Source: Oikopleura dioica
Taxonomy: Eukaryota; Animalia; Chordata
DNA: 64,000 nt
Assembly (NCBI GenBank): GCA_907165135.1
Contig: OU015570.1
Location: 682,001 to 746,000 of the forward strand
Reading direction: 5' to 3'
Positions 12,591-24,069 of this stretch are shown here, in pieces (positions within the stretch are counted from its first letter, which is position 1; the number at the start of each line of letters is the position of its first letter). A model generated the notes under the pieces. The model did not search any database. It was not told where the DNA came from and saw nothing but the letters and a program-made list of their open reading frames with translations. The position numbers and the translations under genes were made by a program.

Positions 12591-14377
12591 ATATTTGAGC
12601 ATTTTTAAGCTATTTTCAAAAAGGGCGATTTTCTGCAAAATGGAAATTTTCAAATTGGCCGCATTACCGTTTCCGGGCTCTACCGGACGGAGAGCATCGT
12701 CTGCACTTTCTTATAGTGGTCTTGGTTTGGTTGTGGGTCGGTGTGGTTTCGAGTAATTCGACCAAATGTCCGAAACTCGTGGTATATTTCCGAAAAAAAT
12801 CGCTATTTTACTACAAAAATCAAAAATTTATTGTTTTCGCTAATTTCTATAAGATCCCCTTTAATTTACGTATATGGTCACTTGGTTTCAGCGTTTTTTG
12901 AAAACAACACGTTTCCGGCCGAAATCCCACCAGCGCAACCCAATTCATACACAATCGTGGCGTATGTTTCCGCGAGTAATCCGGGATTCTCCGCTACCCT
13001 TTTCTCCGATTCTACTCGCGTCGCGGGCTACTCGCGATTTTCCTTTACTCATTTACCCGATTTACTCGCACGGGTCTCCGCGCGAGTTACCCGTGTAAAA
13101 ACTGCGGGTTACCCGGAAAAATTGCGGGTAATTTCGAAGGACTCGAAATCAACAGCCATGGTCGGGTGATTATTAGTTTTCATGCTGAACAATATTCTGG
13201 AAAGAAAAACATGAATTTGAAACAAGAACCCTCTCAAAAACGGTTAAAAAGTTTTGCCTTTCTTGATGATAAAATCATCTTTTCTGACGTCATAATGACG
13301 TCATCGGGCGGTAGAATTTTGGGAATCTACTAATTCTGACATGGGCTTTCAGAATTTAGTGATAACTCACAAAAATAATTTTCGGCCAAAAATTCTTATG
13401 GTAATTCTATATAATATAGAACTATTACTAATAGTCTATTAGTAAGCATAGTTTCTAAAAACGCCGCTCAGCCTCGCGCTGTCCGTAGCCATTTTTTGAG
13501 TTTTATGCTTTAGTAAAAGAGGTTTAATTGAAAAAAAAAAGAGAGAATAGTTTGATGCAAGAATTTCAGTAAATTATTTACAGGCATGATAAAAGGAGAA
13601 AGTTTCTGGAAGCTACAAAAATCCCGACGAAATTCGATTTTTAAAGACAATGAATATTCACTTATCAAAAAGGTCATCAACAATTATCAAATAATGCGAT
13701 TAAAATCGATGTCCTTGTTTTCTCGAATTCGGTAATCCTTTATTAATCTTTTGTAATGGTTTTGCAACCTATGCAAATAAGTGAACACAAGAGAAATATA
13801 CAGACAACTGAGCAAAGTTGGCTGTGTATAAAAAGAGTAAGGTTTTGAGCTTTTTATTTGATCTATTCTCTGAGCGAGCAAAAGTGAGAATGACTGTGAG
13901 AGAGATGGTGAGCGGTTTTTATAGTTTTTCAAATTTTCGGGTTCCCAGTTGATTAATCGGCTGTTATTCGATCGTATCGTTTTCATCGGATTAATTGAAC
14001 ATGAACGTAATAATTCGTCACCAACGGATTTTGTCACTTGGAAAAGGAATAATTCCATTTTAGCGGATACATCGGATTTCGAGCATCAGGACGTGAAAAT
14101 AATTTGAAGAGCGGCGTTTTAAAACGGATTATTTGGTTTTTCAGGAAGGGCGCGCGTTTTAGAGTCGATTATTTCGCCAGCGCTAGTGCGCCATCATTTT
14201 CACTTACGCGCCGTGCTCGCGTGGCAAGCTTTGCTTTGCCCCGCGGCGTGATCGTAATTAGAGCAATTCTGTAAAACCACTACATATTCTTCCCTCTTCT
14301 TTTGAGCGGAGCGTTCTGGTAAAGTTTGAAGAAGGAGCGGTTTTGAGCAAGTAGGTTCTTTGAAGATTTGAGCATCT

Positions 14378-15184
14378 TCAAAGAAGATTTCCATGAAAGA
14401 AGGAGTCGAATGCATCAGAAGTTGCTGGGTCCATATCATCATTAAGAGTAGCTTGACGAAGGACATCCTGCATACTGATTGTTTGTTGAGCTTCAATTTG
14501 AAAGTCATTGTTGTTGTTCTGAGCAGGCAACACATTGACAAGATCGTATTCACGAGCGGGGGAATTCCAACGTATGTCCAAATTTACTTGCCCTGAATTG
14601 TTGAGCGGAGCTTCAGGGGGTTGGTAGACTACCAGGGCAGTCTCTTGAGCTACAAGGCAATATTTCTGGCATTTTTCAATAAAGAAAGCGAAATGGACAT
14701 TGGAGAGGAGTTCAACTTCTTTCAGATCGGAGATGTTAAGGTTGTCCCAGGCGATTCTTCTGTACATGAAATGTTTGACAAAAGATTCGCGAACTTTGTC
14801 AGCTAGCTGAAGTTTTCCTTCTCGTGAGGTCTCGAAGTTGAGAAGGATTTTCATCGTGAAGGCAGTTTTCTTTGTCCATAAAATTATATCATTTGGACGA
14901 GGTTCTCTTTCGTAAGAGATCCAGACATTGGTGAGCTTTTCGAGGTCAATTTGAGCAGCAAAGTTGTTGTAGAACTCGTAACCTTTGCGAGCAGATTCCT
15001 CGACGATTCTTATGAGCTGGATTGTCTTTTCGCAGAACAGATATCGAGTGTCAATTTCGAGCGGGAACATTTGAGGTATGACGTATCTCAGGAAATTGGA
15101 TTTCAGATCACCTGTTGGTTTGAAGTAATGACAGATTTCGTTATATTTTGAATACTTCCGGTTTTTTACTTGTCTCTGAGCCAT
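14378..15184 (-). CDS. E1 ORF3, intact 268-aa protein of unknown function (not env-like)
   Basis: Uninterrupted ATG-to-stop ORF between pol and the 3' LTR. No signal peptide or TM segment visible. Confidence 0.75.
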   Translation of the reverse strand: MAQRQVKNRKYSKYNEICHYFKPTGDLKSNFLRYVIPQMFPLEIDTRYLFCEKTIQLIRIVEESARKGYEFYNNFAAQIDLEKLTNVWISYEREPRPNDIILWTKKTAFTMKILLNFETSREGKLQLADKVRESFVKHFMYRRIAWDNLNISDLKEVELLSNVHFAFFIEKCQKYCLVAQETALVVYQPPEAPLNNSGQVNLDIRWNSPAREYDLVNVLPAQNNNNDFQIEAQQTISMQDVLRQATLNDDMDPATSDAFDSFFHGNLL

Positions 15185-15936
15185 TTTCGATCTCTTGTGA
15201 GTGGCGTTTTTCTTGGAAGCGGAGGCGAAAGAGCATTTTTTCGATTAACGAATCAGGAACTTGAGTGCTTTTACGTAAGATTCAAGAGTCGGGAGGCTTG
15301 CATACTCTTCCCTCTTCTTTTTGAGCTTTTGAATCTTCTGAGCAATTAGTGTCCGAGCGAATTGTTTGAGCAAACGATTTCTAGAGCGAGCAAATTTGAG
15401 CTAAATCGTCTCTTTGAGCAACTTGATCTTGATCGTTTGAGCAGATAAATCTATGAGCGAGCAGAATCATCTTTGAGAAACTTGATCTTGATTGTTTTGG
15501 CAGATGAATCCATGAGCGAGCAAAATCATCTTTGAGAAACTTGATTATGAATTATCTGAATGTGACAAAGCAACTGCACGCATTGCTTCGCATCTTTGGA
15601 GGAGTGGACAAAGGTTCAGAAAAGCGGTGTCCATCGTGTGCGCAATTGATAAACACATTAGCTGGGTTATGAGAACACAAGTCCAAAGAGGCCTGTATGA
15701 AACTTCTGCACAGCAAATGAGCGGGACTGGATTCCCTTTGATCGAGCGAACAGGGATGACTTCGAGCTTTGAAGTGAGCCGATCCAGTGTGCATAAACAT
15801 TGCCGTAGTTTATGATCCAATATTTGAGCTTCAGGTTAACCTTTTGAGAACAGGACTTTTTATCACAGATTTTGAGCGAACTTCGTAAACAAGTGTGAAC
15901 GTGAGCAGGAACAGGAGCATAAGTTTAATGGTTTGA

Positions 15937-18551
15937 TCAACATCGTCGTGAGCGAAGGCGATGTTTCCATTTAGGAGCTTGAACTTGAAGTCCATCATCT
16001 CTATCAACAGGCTCATGTTGATCTTTATGAGGGCTTTTGATACTTTGATCTTCTTTCGTATCATTATGAGCAGGAACTTGAGCAAGATCTTGATGGAGCT
16101 GATCTTCTTCCACTTTTTGATCAGTTTTTGCTTTGACGACAAACTTTGTATGATTTTCAGCCGTTTTGAGTCGGAGCGGTCGGATCAGGCTGATGTGTCG
16201 TCGATACTCTTTCTTGGTAAGCGGGCACTTGACAATGTAACTATCCTTGGAGATCCTTTTGTGAATTCGATAAGGACCTGACCAGTGAATCCCAAGTTTT
16301 CCAGAGAACAGATCCGGTTTCCAGCAGAGAACAGAGGTGCCGATCTTTGAGAATTGTCTTTGAGCTTGAATTGTTTCGAAGAATTGTTGATTTCTGATTT
16401 GACAATGAGATTTTTCGTCTTTGAGCAGGATCGTTGAGCAAGAGCCATTTCTTTTGAAGTTAACGAACGATTTTCAAAAGAAAATAGAACTTCATCTTGA
16501 GCGAGAGAGTGGACTGCAAATATCGTCTCAGCGACATCAAAGAAATCTTTTGCTTCATCCTCCAAGTCGGAGCTTTTTGATCTTGGAAGGCGTGAGAAGT
16601 AGTCAGCTGAAGCCATTTCCGGACTAGTTCCACTTTTATGAATGATGTTGAAGTTGAACCCGAGGAGATAATTGTAAACATTGCACAATTTTATGTCGAG
16701 CTTTGACTGTCGAGCTTCTCGGAACAAGTAGAGCAGTGATTTATGATCGACGTACGCATCGAATTCGGTGTTGAGCAAATAGTATTCGAAGAACTGAATA
16801 CCCCAACAGAGCGCAAACAACTCTTTGATACGCATCGGCCGTTTCAGATCGGGCCCTTGAAGTTGTTTACTGAAGTACCCAAGTGCAGCGAGCGAGCCAT
16901 TTTGAATTTGATAAAGGGTTCAACCGACCGCGAATCCTGAGGAATCTGTCACAAGGACGAGCTTTGATCCAAGTTTGAAGTGAGCTAGGGTCGGTTCCTT
17001 CAGAAGTTTGTCTTTGATCGTTTCGAATGCCTTTTGATGCGTCTCAGTCCATTGGTAATCTACCTTAGCGGAGGTGAGTCTGTAGAGCGGAGCAAGGATC
17101 TCACTTCCTTTTTCAATATACTTTATATTGAAGTTGATCATTCCAAGGTATGTCTTGAGTTCGGCTTTTGTCTCAGGTGGATTCATCTTCTCGATCGCTT
17201 CGATATGTTTCTTGAGTGGCTTTATTCCAGAGGCAGTCACACGATGTCCAAGAAAGTCGATCTCATTACTTGCGAGCTGGCACTTTTTCGCACTAATTAC
17301 GAGCCCATAATCCAAACACGTTTTGAAGACAAACTCGAGCGACTTGAGATGTTCTTCCCAGCTGGAGTCAATGATGACAAGATCATCAATGTAGAGCGTG
17401 ATTGATGGGTGGTTCATAAGCGTCATCATGATGCGACTAAATGCAGCAGGTGCATTGCAAGAGCCATAGAGCATTCTGTTTGCTTGGAAGTGTTCGTTGT
17501 TGTATGAGAAGGCCATTTTGTGAGCATCACTTTCATTGATCAGGACTTGCCAATAGCCGCGGAGAAAGTCTACTGAGCTGATGAAACATTCTTTGCCCTC
17601 ACTTAGGCGTTTGCCGATCCTTGTGAAGACTGTTTGCATGTGCGGAAGTGGAAAGCGATCTTTGATGAGAAGTGAATTGACTCCTCGAGCGTCGAGACTG
17701 ATTCGAATTGTTTGATCAGGTTTTCGAAGGATGATCAAAGGAATGTTGTGAGCGGATTGGGTTTTCTGAATGACTTTGAGCTGTTTCCATTTCGTCATCG
17801 CTTCATCGACTTGATCTTGAGAGTGAATTGGTATTGGTCTTGGAGGCTGGTGAGAAGTTTTGGATTCATCGTAGAGCGGAAGAGTGTAACGAAATCCAAA
17901 CAGTCGTCCAAGATCGTCCGAGTCCATCTAGAAGCTAAGCCGATATTTGTAAACAAGTTCATCCAATTGAGCCTTTTGAACTTTGTTTGCTGACCCGTAT
18001 GATCCGATATCGGGTTTGAAATTGATCCTTTCGGCGGCTTATGAACGTCTTTGGAGGAACTGATCGTATTCCTCCTTTTCAGAGCCAGATTTTCTATCCA
18101 CCTCTATAATTCCTGTGAGAAGCAGATCTGAGGAATTTGGATTGATCGTGGGGATAGATTTTCCTAGGAGAGTTATCGAGCTTTCTCCAATCGTAACTTG
18201 CTTGAGCGTATCCATGCCAAGAATGATCGGGCACGAAAGGTTTTGAACAATGAGCGGGTTGAGTTTGATCTTGAGTGGCGATCCATTTCTTATCAGATTT
18301 GCTTCGATCGTGGAGCTGAGCGTACTGACTTGAACGATTTCTGCATTCGCACACTTGAGCCTTATATTCGAGGGTGTTTGTTTGTTGACGTGAGCTGGAA
18401 GTAGGTCGATTACATCGGAACGGAAACATGTTCGACTACATCCGGTGTCAATAAGAGCGGGAAAGGTTAGTCCGTGGAGCGTGATCTTGACATATTTGAG
18501 CGAGGTCGGTGCAAAATGAGCATATTTACACGTTTCGGTGACCTTTGATAG
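15937..18551 (-). pseudogene. pol: E1 pol (PR-RT-RNaseH-INT C-terminus), disrupted; integrase Zn finger and DDE core deleted
   Basis: ALIDTG protease motif, LYIDD RT, VTDSS..KEL..VDH RNase H, and KLGIHWSGPY..RRHISLIRP GPY/F module. Stops at ~18040 and ~16920. Deletion junction ~16352 relative to E4. Confidence 0.9.
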
Positions 18552-19911
18552 TCATTCCTCGTTTTTGATCAATTTCTTTACGTGAGCGGGAACATCATCG
18601 AGGTGGATGTATTTGCACTTTGATCCAAATTTACACGATCCCCTTTTGACAAAGCTGATGCAGAATCCGTCGATCTTCGAAGTGTCTATTCTGTTTCTCT
18701 TCCGCTTTGGCTCTTTTGGCTTTGGCTGATCCTTTTTGACTGCTGAAGACACAATTTCTTTCAATTTTGAGCAGTGCATTGCAACTTCTGAGCTTTGTGT
18801 CGGTGAGGATTCCTCTGCAGTGAATATATTTTCTTTCTTGAAGAACGATCTTTCAAGTTCAGTGCTGCGCTGAGCGATGTTTTTGAGAGTCAGCAGCGAT
18901 TTTTCCCTTCTGAGCAACTCACATAATCGCGGTTCTTGAGCGTTGATGAATCTTTCGCAAATTATGCTTTCGTCGGCTGGATCAAGGGTTTCTTTGCCGT
19001 ATCCTTTCTTGAAGAAGGCGATGAGCTTTGTGAGCGCCATGAATTGTGATTCACTCCCACGTTGGAAGGTGTTGTACTGAAATTTGTAATGTTCGGCATC
19101 CTTTCCGAGGATGAGAGTGAGTTTGTTTTTGAAAAGATCCCAGCTTTTGAGCTCATCAGCTGAGATCGCTTCGATCAGTGCGCTTCCGGTCTCTTTAGTC
19201 AGAAGTTGAGCGAGACTGACTTGGATCAGGTTTTCTTGCGAGAGACCGTAGCAGAACCTGAAAAACCCCTGCGGAACCTAACCTTTCCATTGACTTAAAC
19301 CAATTTTGTATGGGGACCGAGGGGTCAAACTTCGGAGTCTTGATCTTGAAGTTATCGCCCTTTTTTGGTTCGTGTCGGGATCTTGACCGTTGTTTTGGAA
19401 CCTTTGGAGCTTCTCCCTCCTTTTTGTGGTTTTGATCAGGAGTCTCTTTCTTGATTTTCGGTTCATTCTTCGGAGCTGATCGTTGATTCTGTCGAACCGT
19501 TTCATCAAGTTCACTCCAGTCAATAGAGTCTGGAAGAGATTCTTCCGAGCTTTCATTGTCAGTGGCTTCTTCCATTTTCATGGAGATCATGAGCTCGGCA
19601 AGTGTTGTGGCTTGAGCGGATGCCAGGATTTGCCTGATCTCCATCTTGTTATGCCTCTTAGCGAACTTCTGATCTATCTCGTCGCTTCCGTCATCATCAT
19701 GGAGGTAGTTTGTGAATTCACCTTCCTCGTTGAACACGAACTTACGATTTTCGGCGAAAAACTCCCCATCCAACTTGTGGATATTCAGAACAATTGATGA
19801 CTTATCTGTGATTGGGAGCTGTGGAGGATATGTTTGATTCGAAACATGGTCGTAGATCTTCAGCAGTTCTTCTCGATTCAGATCAGAGGAAAGTTTGAAA
19901 TAGCGAGTCAT
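18552..19911 (-). pseudogene. gag: E1 gag with C-terminal CCCH zinc finger (frameshifted by filler at ~19262-19285)
   Basis: ORFs 19911-19195 and 19040-18552 align with E4 gag. Motif CISFVKRGSCKFGSKCKYIH. Confidence 0.85.
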
Positions 19912-21239
19912 GTTTCTTTACAGCAGCTCTCTTCAATCGTAAATCTCTATATGGGCGAAGCGTTTTTCTCAGTCACCAAATTTGTAATGGTTTTGCAACC
20001 TATGCAAATAAGTGAACACAAGAGAAATATACAGACAACTGAGCAAAGTTGGCTGTGTATAAAAAGAGTAAGGTTTTTGAGCTTTTTATTTGATCTATTC
20101 TCTGAGCGAGCAAAAGTGAGAATGACTGTGAGAGAGATGGTGAGCGGTTTTTATAGTTTTTCAAATTTTCGGGTTCCCAGTAGATTAATCGGCTGTTATT
20201 CGATCGTATCGTTTTCATCGGATTAATTGAACATGAACGTAATAATTTGTCACCAACGGATTTGTTCACTTGGAAAAGGAATAATTCCATTTTAGCGGAT
20301 GAATCGGATTTCGAGCATCAGGACGTGAAAATAATTTGAAGAGCGGCGTTTTAAAACGGATTATTTGGTTTTTCAGGAAGGGCGCGCGTTTTAGAGTCGA
20401 TTATTTCGCCAGCGCTGGTGCGCCATCATTTTCACTTACGCGCCGTGCTCGCGTGGCAAGCTTTGCTTTGCCCCGCGGCGTGATCGTAATTAGAGCAATT
20501 CTGTAAAACCACTACACTTTTACGGATGTAATGCTTTGTTTCTGCAACAGATAAAGCTCGTGATTCCATGTTCTTGTAATTGGCCAAAAATTTATGCTTC
20601 GAAAATAAATATAAACACCAGGAACAATTATTTTATCAATCTAATAGGTTTTGCAACCCGTGGACGCTAAATTAGAAGACGGCGAGGGGAAGCCGCGAAT
20701 TCATAAATGCGTACTTTATTGTAGGATCCAGTCCTGAGGTACAGAAATGGGGCAGCAGAAAGAGACAAATTAGTTACCGGTGAAGCAAGTCACATGGGAA
20801 ATTGGTGGAGCGGGAGATATTTGATAGAACTATGCATGTGAGTTTACCCATAAACGGAAGAGCGATAAGTGACCGTTCTAGCGCAAGCGCTAGAATAGCT
20901 CTAATGGAAGTGTTAGCGAGTACGCAAAACCCAAAACCCCTCCCTGGCTTCATAAATTGAGCTGCAGATAAAATGTTACAGAAAAAGAGTAGATCAATAA
21001 CAGTAATATTTAGGCGAGTTAACTTTAGAGCACATAAACTGGTAAAATAGTTGGCGGTAATTTAACTATATGAATTCAAATTCTCTTAGACTTTGAAATC
21101 TTATCGGACTGGCGGAAAGAAACACTTAGGCAAAGGTGAAAAGTACGAAAGATGGAATATCGATTTTTGGTTGCAAAAATAAGGGGACCAATCTTTGAAA
21201 AATACCAACATCCCTGGTTTCCCTTTTGGGAAACATGGA

Positions 21240-21400
21240 GCTTCAAGATGCGTACTTTATTAAGGAAAACAGCCCAGACATGGGCAATGTGGCAAGAGAG
21301 AGAAGTGTTATTAAGAACCGGTTGTACATATGAAAAATAGTTGGGCGGATCGTTTCCTGTGAAATATGTACATTAGCGCGCATTCACTCATGAATGTGCG
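21240..21400. repeat. Dispersed repeat, possibly solo-LTR-like
   Basis: Similar to 49020-49170 (aaaacagcc..gacatgggc..gagagaagtg..tgaaaaatagttgggcgga). Confidence 0.45.
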
Positions 21401-22959
21401 CGTGGTTTTGGTAAATAATTTAGGACTTGAAAGTGATTTATATCATATAAATATATTTTACCATATAAATTATATGGTAAAATATAAGTCAAAAGTCCAA
21501 AACACAATACGCTTGTCGCCCGTGGAAATGCTCATGTGAAATTAAATTTTCATCGACTGTGAAAAAAATTTCGTACTGTGAGACTCAGTGTGAGTACCAA
21601 GTGGGCCAAAAAATCTGATACTGTACTCTGTATTTAAAGTAGTCTGAAAAAAAGAAAGTGCCCAGGACCGAATTAAACAGCAACAATATCACTTGGAAGA
21701 AGATCATCAATACTGCCTTACGGACTCTAATTGCGATCCAATTCTGAAACAAGATTTATTTTAATTTAATAACTTATCTCTTATTTTCTGAACAAAAATT
21801 TTATTGTGAATAAGTAGAATCGGAGAGTGCGCGCTGCCTTATCACTGATAAGTTATCAGTTGCCCTCGCAAAGCTGTAGATGAGTCAATTACCTTCTTTT
21901 TATTATTTTAGACTGTTCATTTTATTCTACAATTTATGTTTTTGGCTTATTCTATACCAATTTTCAAAATATACACAATCTCAACTATCTGGGAGTGATT
22001 GTGGAAGAGTGGCCCTGCCGAGCATGCTGCATGCCCTGTAGTATTCTAGCTTTAGCCCTAGTTTCAGCTTGTCAATCAAAGCCTATAAATAGCTTGATCA
22101 AAGCCCCATCACGGCCCATTTTCTCTGCACTCCCGCTGACTCTCACATTTTGTCATCTGTTCCTATACGCTCCTCTTTTCTTCAATTTTATAATAAACCA
22201 GTCTACCCAAAACAAGAGTACTAGCGGCAACTGCTCTTTGACTCACATAACTTCGGCCAGAATATATAACTGGTGACTGAAGTTTCGAATAGTTTTTTTT
22301 CACGCCCACCACCGTTTCCAGCCACAAAAGAGATGAAGAAGAGTTCCAGATCTACAACCAGCCTTCACTCCTGAATCATCACCTGCTCCAAACCAGTTCC
22401 AGCACAGCTTCTTCGACGTTTACCTCCGCTCAACTTGCCCTCCTGCGCGACCAGTTCTGCTCAGCGATCCAAGTGCGGCCGGTCAACGGAGCTTCACCAA
22501 AGATTAGAGAGAGAGTGAAAGGTCATTTTTATTGAAATTTTCGAAGGTCAAATTTTGGAATTACTATCTTTCCAAAGTAATTTTAATTTATTTTTGGTGT
22601 TTATTTTCAATTTTCTGGTCACTAAAAATTTGAGAAATCTTTTTATTCTTTTTCAACAATAAGAAAACGGTCATATTTTTATCCTGATCAATATAGCTTA
22701 CTTTTCTAAAAGCTACAGATTTTGATCATCGACTTTTCATTTTCATAAATTACAGTACAATGGCGTGCGTGGGTTCCGCCCTATCCAAGTTCTGTAAAAC
22801 AGGGCGGCAACGCTTCACGATTTTTTCCATTTCCAGAAAGAGCTCCTACAAAAAGTTCTTCTAGATAGAGCGGGAGTCGTGCACGCTCGAATAGGGCGGC
22901 AGCCACGCACGCCACTGTACTTCATTTTTGTGCAAGTTTTCAAAAGCTGACCTGTAATT

Positions 22960-24024
22960 ATGACTTTGAAAAAACTCGAAAATTTGTCACCCTCTGAGAT
23001 CCGGGCTGTTCTCCGTAAAAAGGAACTGGATGACTCCGGCTCCGATCTCGAAATAAAAGATCGGCTCATCGAATATGCCACTTCTGCAAACTGTGGTCGA
23101 ACTAAAGATGACAGCAATTTTCTTGTCAATATGTGCGGTGTAGCCCTCTCTGAAGGTGAAAACACTGACAATGAGGAGAATGACGGCCACGATGAAAAGC
23201 TCTCTGACGAATTTATCGACGATAACCCTAAGCCAAGAAAATTTTCGTACCAGCTACGGTACTGATAATTCTAAAAAGGCGAGAGCAAATCTTCACCGAG
23301 CTAATACACGAGCCGATCTTTCTCGTCGTGATTCAGTTGATTCTCGGGGATATCAGGGACAAGCCCCCTCTAAGTCGCACATCACCAGTCTAGCTAAAGA
23401 AGCGAAAGACATCAAAACTGTGGCAGAAAGGAGTGTCTCTGATGTCGAAATATTACTCGCAGAGATAAACAAATCTGCTCAAGTTTTCTACTGGTCAGAC
23501 TCGGACAAGCTTATCATTTTGAAATTGAAAATATCTGCCGATCTGATTAGCCAGAGCGGTATTCAAGACGTTACGAGCTACGCTCAGGCTGAACAATGTC
23601 TTCGTTGCCGATTAGGTAGAAATCAAGATCGAGTGGCTCAGGAACTAGCAGCTCTTGAGCGGGGACCGACAGAATCGGTTATGAATTGCTTCTATCGATT
23701 GCTTGAACTTCTCGACAACCCCGTCACAAGTTCCTTCCTACTTAATTCAAAAGGAGTTTCATCAAGGATAATTTGAAAAAGGTCATGCCAAGGTCAATGT
23801 TCATGGCATTTATTTCTGCCTGGAGCAGCTCAAACCAGAATTGTGATCTGGGTTATATAACCGATCTTGTCGAGCAACTCTCCGGCGCCATGGGCCTTTG
23901 TGACTTAAATAGACTGAAGGCGCGGTTTTTGTCAAAGCTCATAACGTCAAAAATGAGTTTCTCTACGAAATCAGGCGCGGAGCGCATAAAAACCCCTGAT
24001 TTCACTCTTTTAAAAATTTTGTGA
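22960..24024 (+). pseudogene. gag: E2 gag with N-terminal SAP-like domain, frameshifted
   Basis: LENLSPSEIRAVLRKKELDDSGSDLEIKDRLIEY. Continues through ORFs 23156-23776 and 23773-24024. Position directly after the PBS. Confidence 0.7.
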
Positions 24025-24069
24025 ACCGGGTTCACACAGATTGTGAACCGGGTTCAGGTTCAACCATTT

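Larger units (their letters stand above)
10121..13410. mobile_element. Large composite foldback element (boundaries approximate)
   Basis: 10121-10380 is inverted relative to 13165-13410, and 10460-10700 is inverted relative to 12930-13160. Carries a nested MITE and a tandem array. Confidence 0.55.
13752..20516 (-). mobile_element. E1: Ty3/Gypsy LTR retrotransposon, both LTRs present, defective
   Basis: LTRs 19983-20516 and 13752-14284 (TG..CA, about 8 differences). 4-bp TSD cttt. PBS tggtgactgag (19968-19978). PPT 14285-14304. gag, PR, RT, RH and partial INT, plus ORF3. Confidence 0.95.

Noticed and set aside
371-13169. Short ORFs in the first 13 kb
   Set aside because: They lie in palindromic MITE arms, mirror each other on opposite strands and have no domain motifs.
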